Source: Candidatus Parcubacteria bacterium (lineage in GTDB: Bacteria; Patescibacteriota; Minisyncoccia; SURF-38). Taken from it: DNA of 58,395 nucleotides. Position 1 is the first letter of the stretch, and each line of letters begins with the position of its first letter. The translations under genes were made by a program, and so were the position numbers. Under the pieces are notes generated by a model. It ran no database searches and was not told where the DNA came from. It saw only the letters and a program-made list of their open reading frames with translations. Of the stretch, positions 8,873-16,473 are shown one piece after another. The stretch lies in assembly GCA_003599335.1 (NCBI GenBank), contig QZJN01000005.1, positions 1-58,395 of the forward strand. Direction: 5' to 3'.

Positions 8873-10138
8873 CTATTTTTTAGTGAATGACGAACGTATT
8901 ATCACCGCTAAAGCCGCAATTGAGGCGCTTATTAACAATGCCGACCAGAAGTTAATAAAAGGTTGAGAGGGGGTTGTTGATTGAAAAGAAGCTCCTGCAA
9001 CCAAGACCTCGGTTTGTTGTGAATTTTCTGTTGGGACAACACCCGAATTGTTATTTGGGTTTTTTGTGGTTTTGTTTATTTTCTGTTCCTCTTCAAACGC
9101 TTTTGGTTCGGTTTGTTCTGGAGAAAAAGTTATTTCTTGAGTTTGAGTTTTGGTTTTGGACTGTCGTTCTGGTTGCATAGGCGTTTTTGGGGTGGAGCCG
9201 AAAATATTATTTTGTCTTGGGGTTGGTGTGTTGGTCCAGGTCCAAAGACTATCTTTTGTTTTTGCAAAAGCCACCCCTTCCTCGGCTTTGTCCGAGTATA
9301 TAGTTGCGTCTGCGACAGACCCGTCGGGTCGGATGAGCCGAATAAAATCACCACCACTATTATTTAGGGAAATTTTTGTGTCCTCCGAGTAAAAAACCAA
9401 AAGTTCCAAGGGGCCAATAATTGTTCCTTTTGGTATTAAATAAGGCTGGGAGCCTCCACTGGCGTCGTCTAACTTCCAACCGCCAAGATCGATTTGGTAA
9501 CCGTTGGAGTTGTAAATTTCCACAAACTCTAATTCGGCGTCAGAACCCATTGGATCTGGCAGGGCCTCGTTAAGGAAGACGCCGTTTAGTTGGTCGGGTT
9601 GCTCGTTGCCGGTGTTTTGGGTTGATTGTGTTGATTGTTGGGGATTTGTTTGAGTCGAGCTCGTATCGTTAGAAGACTGACTTGTTTGGTTTTGAGAGTT
9701 TGGAGTTGGGTTTGTCCATTCCCAAACCTCATTGATTAAAGAATAAGAAAGATTTTTTGGAGGGTTTTGGTAAGAAACATTGTTGATAAGTTGGGATGAA
9801 GAGTCTAATAAATTTACGGAATCACCCCCGGTGTTATTAAAGTAAGCGAAGTTGCTCGGAAAATAGAGGACTAGATAGTCGCCGGGGTTTATGGTCGGAT
9901 TGACACTCAATTCGGAGATTTTTTTTGGTGACCTTCCTGAATTTATATCATCGTCAATTTCCCAACCAGTAAGGTCAACCGCAGCGGAGCCGTCATTGTA
10001 TAGTTCCACAAACTCGTCTACGCCCGCATCTGGATTTGGCAGCACTTCCGTGATTATAATTTGTGCCCCAGTGATCGCCGGTAAAAAAGAGATTATAAAA
10101 ACAACAAAACCATTAAAGATTAGTACCAGCTTGCTCAT
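8873..10138 (-). CDS. Secreted/membrane-anchored protein with two lamin-tail domains
   Basis: Signal peptide; two copies of I.E.LP.P....EFVE.YN......DL.GW..DD; S/T/Q-rich linkers; C-terminal TM. Confidence 0.85.
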   Translation of the reverse strand: MSKLVLIFNGFVVFIISFLPAITGAQIIITEVLPNPDAGVDEFVELYNDGSAAVDLTGWEIDDDINSGRSPKKISELSVNPTINPGDYLVLYFPSNFAYFNNTGGDSVNLLDSSSQLINNVSYQNPPKNLSYSLINEVWEWTNPTPNSQNQTSQSSNDTSSTQTNPQQSTQSTQNTGNEQPDQLNGVFLNEALPDPMGSDAELEFVEIYNSNGYQIDLGGWKLDDASGGSQPYLIPKGTIIGPLELLVFYSEDTKISLNNSGGDFIRLIRPDGSVADATIYSDKAEEGVAFAKTKDSLWTWTNTPTPRQNNIFGSTPKTPMQPERQSKTKTQTQEITFSPEQTEPKAFEEEQKINKTTKNPNNNSGVVPTENSQQTEVLVAGASFQSTTPSQPFINFWSALLISASIAALAVIIRSSFTKK

Positions 10139-10649
10139 GGTTTGATCGAGATAGTTTTTGATTGAGCATTTGCAATATAGAATCTTTAACTTTGTAAGGA
10201 GAAGGAATCTGTTCCAAAATAATTGATTGTTCGTCAGAAGCGGTGCGAATTATAACATCGCCAAAATCGAGGAGCGTTTGTAGTGGTCCAGCAACCTTTA
10301 CAGAAACATCCTGGACTCTTTCAAGCGGACACTCGGCTAGCTGTCTGTGAAAAAGTCTTACCTGATCTATATCCATAATTCTTTTGGTTGTGATTATTGA
10401 TACATCAAGATAGTAATCGGAGAGCAGCAGGAAGAGCTTGAGCCACAAGAAAAGGTAATATACGCTTAGTCCGAACCAAATAAGACTGAAATAGCCCGCG
10501 AGGATCTCGGGGTTGTTGTTTTTAATATACGCAAGGACCACCCAGATTATTACAGCCAGAATTAATATGATACTTAATTCCAAAGCCAGGGTGAGTTTAT
10601 GCCGTCTCAACACCAATAAAACATTTTCGTCTTTTTGTAACTCCAGCAT
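10113..10649 (-). CDS. Membrane protein with bacterial PH (bPH_2-like) domain
   Basis: Two TM helices then YYLDV.IIT.KRI.DIDQ..LF......PL.RVQDVSV...G.LQ.LLDFGDV.I.TA. Confidence 0.85.
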   Translation of the reverse strand: MLELQKDENVLLVLRRHKLTLALELSIILILAVIIWVVLAYIKNNNPEILAGYFSLIWFGLSVYYLFLWLKLFLLLSDYYLDVSIITTKRIMDIDQVRLFHRQLAECPLERVQDVSVKVAGPLQTLLDFGDVIIRTASDEQSIILEQIPSPYKVKDSILQMLNQKLSRSNHEQAGTNL

Positions 10650-10650
10650 T

Positions 10651-10857
10651 TTATTGCGACGTTGCCAGTAATAATGATAGAAGTCCAGACAGAATCAAAG
10701 TGACGGAGCCAAAAATAAAAATTCCACTAAGCCAAGAATAGTGAGAGTCGTCCTTGAGACGATACTTGTTTATGTGATATAGCAAAACCCAACTCATTAT
10801 CCCGTGGAAGATGAGAACCCCAAGAAAAACCAACCAAATAAGCCTTAAAATATACAT
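10651..10857 (-). CDS. Small two-TM hypothetical protein
   Basis: 68 aa, two hydrophobic segments, tightly packed in the ruvB operon. Confidence 0.7.
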   Translation of the reverse strand: MYILRLIWLVFLGVLIFHGIMSWVLLYHINKYRLKDDSHYSWLSGIFIFGSVTLILSGLLSLLLATSQ

Positions 10858-10859
10858 TT

Positions 10860-11876
10860 TTAAAGCAAAGAAGTTTGAGAGGAATCGTCTTTTTGATGCG
10901 AAACACCCAGGTGTTTATAGGCAAGTTTTGTCGCGATGCGACCACGGCCGGTTCTTGCTATAAGGCCAAGCTGAAGCAAAAATGGTTCATAAATATCGGC
11001 AATTGTTGATTCTTCTTCTGATGTGGCGGCGGCTAAGCTTTGTAAGCCGACCGGGCCTCCATCAAATTTTGTAATTATCGTTTCGAGAAGCCTTCTATCT
11101 GTCGGTTCCAAGCCAGATTCGTCTATCTCCAAAAGTTCGAGAGCTTTTCTGGATACTCCGCTATCTATCTGATCAACTTCTTTCACCTGGGCATAGTCTC
11201 TCACTCTTTTTAGAAGTCTATTTGCGACGCGCGGAGTGAAGCGGCTTCTTTTGGCTATTTCTTCAACAGCGCTTTTAGCCAGTGTTACATTTAGAGTTTT
11301 TGCCGAATGTTCGACGATTTGCTCTACATCTTTTTGTTCGTAGAAGTTTAGTCGGAAAGTCACACCAAATCTCGAACGAAGCGGTGAAGAAAGCATGCCT
11401 ATGCGCGTGGTGGCTGCAATTAATGTAAAAGGCGGAAGTTGAAGTTGCAAGGTTCTGGCCGAAGGTCCTTTTCCGACAACTATATCAAGCATTCTGGATT
11501 CCATTGCCGGATACAAAATCTCTTCAATAAGTTTGTTGAGTCTATGTGCCTCGTCTATAAAGAGAATGTCTCCAGCTGAAAGGTTGGTAAGTATTGCGGC
11601 CAAGTCGCCTACTTTTTCAATCGCCGGGCCCGAAGTTATTTTTATAGTTGATCCAAGCTCTCGAGCAATAAGATGAGCCAAGGTTGTTTTACCAAGACCA
11701 GCCGGTCCGTACAGGAGGACGTGTTCTATTGGTTCCGAGCGTTTCTTGGCGGCCTCTATCAGAATCTTTAAATTCTGTTTTATCTTTTCCTGACCAACGT
11801 ATTCAGACCACGATTTTGGCCTTAAAATCTGGTCTAAAACAACGTCTTCATTTTTTACCCAAGGGGTTGTTTCCAT
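10860..11876 (-). CDS. ruvB: Holliday junction branch migration ATPase RuvB
   Basis: LRPKSWSEYVGQ, GPAGLGKTTLA, FIDEAHRL, SRFTPRVANRLLKRVRD; ATG at 11876 preferred over TTG at 11888. Confidence 0.99.
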   Translation of the reverse strand: METTPWVKNEDVVLDQILRPKSWSEYVGQEKIKQNLKILIEAAKKRSEPIEHVLLYGPAGLGKTTLAHLIARELGSTIKITSGPAIEKVGDLAAILTNLSAGDILFIDEAHRLNKLIEEILYPAMESRMLDIVVGKGPSARTLQLQLPPFTLIAATTRIGMLSSPLRSRFGVTFRLNFYEQKDVEQIVEHSAKTLNVTLAKSAVEEIAKRSRFTPRVANRLLKRVRDYAQVKEVDQIDSGVSRKALELLEIDESGLEPTDRRLLETIITKFDGGPVGLQSLAAATSEEESTIADIYEPFLLQLGLIARTGRGRIATKLAYKHLGVSHQKDDSSQTSLL

Positions 11877-11881
11877 GGCGC

Positions 11882-11910
11882 TTGACAAGAGGATTTTTAT
11901 TTGTTAGTAT
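11882..11910 (+). promoter_or_regulatory. sigma70 promoter driving intergenic RNA 1
   Basis: TTGACA (11882-87), 17 nt, TAGTAT (11905-10); no + strand ORF follows before pilB. Confidence 0.75.
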
Positions 11911-11916
11911 CTATGT

Positions 11917-12113
11917 ACGCTAAATAAAGCGAAAGGATCTTTAAAAGACCTCATTAATCTGTCGGCGATTAAGGTTAATTTCCTCATTTGGCCTTAAAGG
12001 AGTTTTTCTTAGCTTACGGGCGGGTTGGTTTAGGCTGGCCTGTTCCTCAGAAAGGCTCTTATCTTTTGGCGCTACGCTAAAAGTAAATTGCCGGCGGATT
12101 AGTGGGGTTTTTT
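11917..12113 (+). ncRNA. Structured non-coding RNA 1 (6S-like size; four-way junction)
   Basis: 11943-11970 pairs with 12086-12113 over 28 consecutive bp using G.U wobbles (works only on + strand); inner hairpins 11971-11995, 11998-12060 and 12063-12083; ends in a U-tract; promoter upstream. Confidence 0.75.
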
Positions 12114-12132
12114 ATTTTTTAAGCAACAAAAT

Positions 12133-13809
12133 TTATTGTTCTCCAACAACGCGCTCCAATTCTTCAAGCGTTGTCATAAAATTCAGAACTTTTAGCGCTC
12201 CGTCTTCAATCATTGATATCATTCCTTGTTTTTGAGCCGAATTTTTAATATCTACTTCAGTTGGGCTGCTCAAGATGAGGCGTTCGACATTATCGTCTAT
12301 CTGAAATATTTCAAAGATTCCAATCCTGCCCTTGTAACCTGTTTCGTTACAAGCTGGGCAGCCTTTGGCTTTTGCTAGCATCAGGCTATCAGATACAACA
12401 GGCCTTTTCAAATACTTTTCAGGCATTCCTTCTAATATTCTTTTAATTTTGGCTGCCTGATCCGGCGAAGCCTTTTCTTTTTCAAAACATTTTTGGCAAA
12501 CTTTTCTCACAAGTCTTTGCGCTAAGGCTACGTTGATGGCCGGCGCTATAATTGGAGGTTTTGCTCCCATATCTATAAGTCTTGGGATTGTCCCGGTGGC
12601 TCCGTTTGTATGCAACGTTGAGAATACAAGATGTCCTGTTAAAGAAGCGTGTAGGGCAGTCTCGGCGGTTTCCAAGTCCCTCATTTCGCCAACCAAAATG
12701 ACATCCGGATCCTGACGCAATATTGCCCTTAAGCCGTTACTAAAAGTGTAGCCCTTTTTTGGGTCAACCTGCGTTTGTTCAATGTTTGTGAGGTGGTATT
12801 CGATAGGATCCTCAAGCGTGATTATCTTTAGACCGCCTTCTTCTTCTTTAACCTTTTTTAAACAGGCGTAAAGCGTTGTGGTTTTTCCCGAGCCAGTCGG
12901 CCCAGTAACAAGGACCATGCCGTTTGGTTTGCCGAGTTCTTTGGTTAGTATTTTTTCCTGGAAGTTTTGTAATCCCAAATCCTCAAGTTTTAGACCGATA
13001 ACCTTGGGGTTTAAGATTCTCATAACGGCATTTTCTCCGTAAGGGCCGGGAAGAACCGAGGATCTAATTTCGACTTCGCCCATGGAGGCTTTTATAGAAA
13101 ATCTTCCGTCTTGAGGAGCGTCTTTTATATTTAACTTCATATTAGACAGAAGTTTTATTCGATTGGTTATGAGTTGAAAAAGTCTTGGATTCAAGGTTGC
13201 GATTTCCTGAAGCAGACCATCGATTCTAAAAAGAAGAATGGCTTTTGTCTCTTTTGGTTCTATATGGACATCGGATGCGTCTATCGCCAAGGCTCCGCCT
13301 ATGACCATTTCAAGACTTTCTGAAACTCTTTGTTGCGTAAGCTCCGACAGACGTTCTTTTAGGGTTGATAGGCTCGTGAGCTGTTTTTGGTAGGACTCCA
13401 GAGCGTCTTGGGAAATTTCAAGGACGCTCGTGATTTGTTTTTGTTCTTTTGGAAGCTGTTTGTAGTAATTTAATATACGCTCAATTCCCTGAGGCGAAAC
13501 AAAATAAATATCAAGAGAGTAGTTTTTTTTCAGCGGGGATAAAATATCCTCAATTTCTTTAGTTGGCTTTTTAGCTACCAAAACCGTGAGTTTTGACTCG
13601 CTTTCATAAACCGGCGCAATTAGATTTTCTTTGGCAACCTCTTCGTCTATAAGGCGTAGGGCATCTAACTGAACTTTTACTTTGCGGGCGTCGAGATAGT
13701 TTAGATTGTATTTTTCAGCCAGATTTTGAGCCTCTTTCTCCTGAGCTGTTTCATAGAGGCTTTTAGTCCGGCTTTTTAGCTGTTCGTCTTCAAATTGAGG
13801 CGACTCCAT
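12133..13809 (-). CDS. pilB: Type IV pilus assembly / T2SS GspE-PilB family ATPase
   Basis: ASDVHIEP, PQDGRF, GPTGSGKTTTLY, EDPIEY, LRQDPDVILVGEMRD, HLVFSTLHTN, CxxC..CxxC, GYKGRIGIFE. Confidence 0.92.
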   Translation of the reverse strand: MESPQFEDEQLKSRTKSLYETAQEKEAQNLAEKYNLNYLDARKVKVQLDALRLIDEEVAKENLIAPVYESESKLTVLVAKKPTKEIEDILSPLKKNYSLDIYFVSPQGIERILNYYKQLPKEQKQITSVLEISQDALESYQKQLTSLSTLKERLSELTQQRVSESLEMVIGGALAIDASDVHIEPKETKAILLFRIDGLLQEIATLNPRLFQLITNRIKLLSNMKLNIKDAPQDGRFSIKASMGEVEIRSSVLPGPYGENAVMRILNPKVIGLKLEDLGLQNFQEKILTKELGKPNGMVLVTGPTGSGKTTTLYACLKKVKEEEGGLKIITLEDPIEYHLTNIEQTQVDPKKGYTFSNGLRAILRQDPDVILVGEMRDLETAETALHASLTGHLVFSTLHTNGATGTIPRLIDMGAKPPIIAPAINVALAQRLVRKVCQKCFEKEKASPDQAAKIKRILEGMPEKYLKRPVVSDSLMLAKAKGCPACNETGYKGRIGIFEIFQIDDNVERLILSSPTEVDIKNSAQKQGMISMIEDGALKVLNFMTTLEELERVVGEQ

Positions 13810-13908
13810 GTGTTTTTGATTATTAACCTCATTGTACCTTATTTTTTTGCAAACTTCACGAATTTATACAGGAGTCGTTGGTCTGATTTGATGTGTTTTT
13901 AAAATTGA

Positions 13909-15132
13909 TTAGCTGAATTCAAAGGCCGCCTTGGAAAGCTTTAGCACTTTTGCTTCTGCCTCGGAAAGGCTAGAGGCTTTTACGGAAAAAACAATGTAAG
14001 CTTCTTTATTTTGTGCTCTTAGCAGTTCGCTAAGCTGATTAAGCAAGAAAGGATTTTGGTGAGTCAGCCAGCAGCGAAATTCGCTGTGTGGGTTTCCGGT
14101 TGTGGTTTCGCAAATTACAAAACCACCATTGAGTTTTGGTTTGCTTTTTACAACTAAGTTAAAAAGCATCTCGGCCGGAGAGGTTTTGTTTTCTGTCATG
14201 TTTTCATTTTTGGCAAGGTCTTTTGTGAGGCTCAGCCAGGCGAACTTTTCTGACTCATGGACCATTACCTGTTGCGCTGTGGGGATTGGCGTTTCTTGTT
14301 CGTTCTGCGGTTCTGTTTGTGTTTCAACAAGCGTTGCTTGTGAAAGGTTTTCTTGATTTTCTCTGTCTGGTTCGGTCTCCAAAGATTTTTTAAGGAGCAG
14401 CCTTGAAGCCTCTTTTGTATTTGCGCCAGCCTCGATTGTTTCAGCGGCAAATCGAAGTAGGTTTGTTGAGGCTTGATCTTTTAGTAAATCGATATTCAAA
14501 GAATCATTTTTTCCAGAAAGAGCGCTTGAAAGAAAAATAGTCGCCTCAATGTCTGTTGGAGAGTAATTGAAAAACTTTTTTAGCCAATGAACAACAACTT
14601 CCGCGACCGAAGAAGCATTCTCGTTGATAACTTCCCAGGCACCAAGCCTATCGAAGGGTCTTTTTGATGAGATGTAAAATGTGGGCGTGTCAAAAAGGTG
14701 AAGTGAATTCTGCGACATTATCTCGTGAAGTTCTCTGAGATTGTCTATGCCAATAATGCCGACAGCCTCCCAACGGACAGGGCGATAAGAAAAACCAACC
14801 CTGTCTTGGGCCAGACCACCAACTAGGGGTTTCAAGTGTATATCCAGGCGTTTTTTGTCATCGGTTTGTTCGTAGCGCAGTTCTTCCAGGGGTACTTCGC
14901 TTGTGTCGACTGAAATAATAAATTCTCTAAGTTCATAGCCCTGCCACAATAAAGGTTTTGCCAGCCGCTGAACACTTTCATTTTCCGGATTTGTTGCAAG
15001 AAAAGCGCTATAGCCCAGTTTCCTTAAAGATAAACCAAGTCCGATTGAAGCTAGACAAGCCTCTTCATTTTTTGGGTTCGCTACAAGTAGTATTTTATTT
15101 GCACTCTTTATTTTTACTGCGTCTTGTTCCAT
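13909..15132 (-). CDS. DHH/NrnA-like phosphoesterase-fold protein, apparently degenerate
   Basis: Layout resembles CPR DHH-family proteins (insert ...LRYEQ....RLDIHLKP, later ASSVAEVV, ATIFLS) but canonical DxD and DHH motifs are not visible. Confidence 0.55.
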   Translation of the reverse strand: MEQDAVKIKSANKILLVANPKNEEACLASIGLGLSLRKLGYSAFLATNPENESVQRLAKPLLWQGYELREFIISVDTSEVPLEELRYEQTDDKKRLDIHLKPLVGGLAQDRVGFSYRPVRWEAVGIIGIDNLRELHEIMSQNSLHLFDTPTFYISSKRPFDRLGAWEVINENASSVAEVVVHWLKKFFNYSPTDIEATIFLSSALSGKNDSLNIDLLKDQASTNLLRFAAETIEAGANTKEASRLLLKKSLETEPDRENQENLSQATLVETQTEPQNEQETPIPTAQQVMVHESEKFAWLSLTKDLAKNENMTENKTSPAEMLFNLVVKSKPKLNGGFVICETTTGNPHSEFRCWLTHQNPFLLNQLSELLRAQNKEAYIVFSVKASSLSEAEAKVLKLSKAAFEFS

Positions 15133-15210
15133 AAAATAGCGGTTTCATCGTAAACCACGTTAGTCCCAAAAGTCAAGTATTTATGAGTTATTTGGAGTTC
15201 CATTATATAC

Positions 15211-15238
15211 TTGACAAAATTATATGATTTGATATAAT
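15211..15238 (+). promoter_or_regulatory. Consensus sigma70 promoter (16-nt spacer)
   Basis: TTGACA (15211-16), 16 nt, TATAAT (15233-38). Confidence 0.8.
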
Positions 15239-15298
15239 AATAGAGGTACTATACATCTTAGTTGTTTTCCCTCTGAGTGGGGGAAGAAAGGGTAAAAA

Positions 15299-15892
15299 AT
15301 GAACACGAAGCAGAGGATGAAGCTGTATTTTTGGTTGATTGTCGGGGCGACGATTTTAATGAGCGTCGCGACACTCACTGCAAGTGCGCAAGAGAAGGTG
15401 ACCGTCAATCGACAAGCGAGGGTCGCCGTGACCTTCGAGCGTTTCTCCGGGAGTCAGGAAATTGTGGCCCGCGCTTTTCGTCAGGCCCTGCGCGAGGCTG
15501 GGTTTGAGGTTGTCTTCACCGGTCGCAATAAGACTCGCATGTCCGGGTCCGAGCGCGACTTTGAGCAACTCGGGAACGTGGACTACGTCCTCGTGATCAA
15601 CGGTTCCGAGAACACAAGGACAACTTCCGGCTCGGTCAATCTCAACCTCGGTTCGTTCCGTGGTTCCACAAGGCCCCGAGGTCAGAGCGTCTATATCTCG
15701 GGAGAGTTGGTGGACGCCACAACCCGAACCGTCGTGCGCAGTGGGGAAGCGGAAGGAGAAGCTTCGGATAGCGGCCTGAGTTTCAACATCGGCCGCCGCC
15801 GTAGCCTGGGCTACCGCAGCGATAGCAGGGAAAACCTGCGCTTCGCAGCCGCGCTTGAAGCGGCGAAAAAGCTCGTGAGCCAGCTCAAGTAA
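15299..15892 (+). CDS. Secreted hypothetical protein, possibly CsgG/TolB-N-like fold
   Basis: Signal peptide (..TLTASAQ), L.EAGFEVV, DYVLVING, ELVDATT..VV; GC-richer codons; own promoter and terminator. Confidence 0.8.
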   Translation: MNTKQRMKLYFWLIVGATILMSVATLTASAQEKVTVNRQARVAVTFERFSGSQEIVARAFRQALREAGFEVVFTGRNKTRMSGSERDFEQLGNVDYVLVINGSENTRTTSGSVNLNLGSFRGSTRPRGQSVYISGELVDATTRTVVRSGEAEGEASDSGLSFNIGRRRSLGYRSDSRENLRFAAALEAAKKLVSQLK

Positions 15893-15914
15893 GTTCCCCC
15901 GCCCCCACTCAAGG

Positions 15915-15952
15915 AAGGCCGTCGTGTGCGAAAGCATGTGGCGGCCTTTTTT
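15915..15952 (+). terminator. Intrinsic terminator
   Basis: AGGCCGTCGTGTGC-GAAA-GCATGTGGCGGCCT followed by T-run. Confidence 0.85.
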
Positions 15953-15984
15953 CTTTCCAAAAAATAGCTTATGCTTAATGCGAA

Positions 15985-16473
15985 ATGTTTGAGATTATCA
16001 CCAATAATAGCCAAAAAACGCAGGAATTAGCGGAACGCCTGGCTCAAGAAGCAGCCTCTATAAAAAGGAATGATCAAAAAGACAAAAAAGCCGTTGTCGT
16101 GGGTTTGGTTGGCGATCTCGGAGCTGGTAAGACCACTTTTGTGCAGGGTTTTGCCAGGGCTCTTGGCGTGGCCGAAAAAGTTTTAAGCCCGACATTTTTG
16201 ATAGCAAAATGTTTTCCACTGGAGTCAAAAAACCAAAAAGTTAAAAAGAATCACTTTAAGTGTTTGTATCATATAGATGGATATCGCTTAAAAGATCATA
16301 AAGACCTTCTGGCTACGGGTTTTGAAGAAATTTTAAACAATGAGGAAAGTATAGTTCTCATAGAGTGGGCCGATCGTTTCAAAAAATTACTACCGCAAAA
16401 CACGATATGGGTTGTTTTTGACTGGCTTGGCGAAGAAAAAAGAAAAGTCAGCATCCAAAACACCGCGCCATGA
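15985..16473 (+). CDS. tsaE: tRNA t6A biosynthesis ATPase TsaE
   Basis: GDLGAGKTTFVQG, SPTF, LYHIDGYRL, LIEWAD. Confidence 0.97.
   Translation: MFEIITNNSQKTQELAERLAQEAASIKRNDQKDKKAVVVGLVGDLGAGKTTFVQGFARALGVAEKVLSPTFLIAKCFPLESKNQKVKKNHFKCLYHIDGYRLKDHKDLLATGFEEILNNEESIVLIEWADRFKKLLPQNTIWVVFDWLGEEKRKVSIQNTAP

Noticed and set aside
11917-12113. RNA 1 as tmRNA, RNase P RNA, SRP RNA or tRNA
   Set aside because: No tRNA-like acceptor/CCA end or tag ORF, no GAGGAAAGUCC-type P4 motif, no SRP helix-8 GGAA motif, and the wrong size for these.
15356-15937. 193-aa antisense ORF
   Set aside because: Shadow of the GC-rich + strand gene, which has the promoter, signal peptide and terminator.
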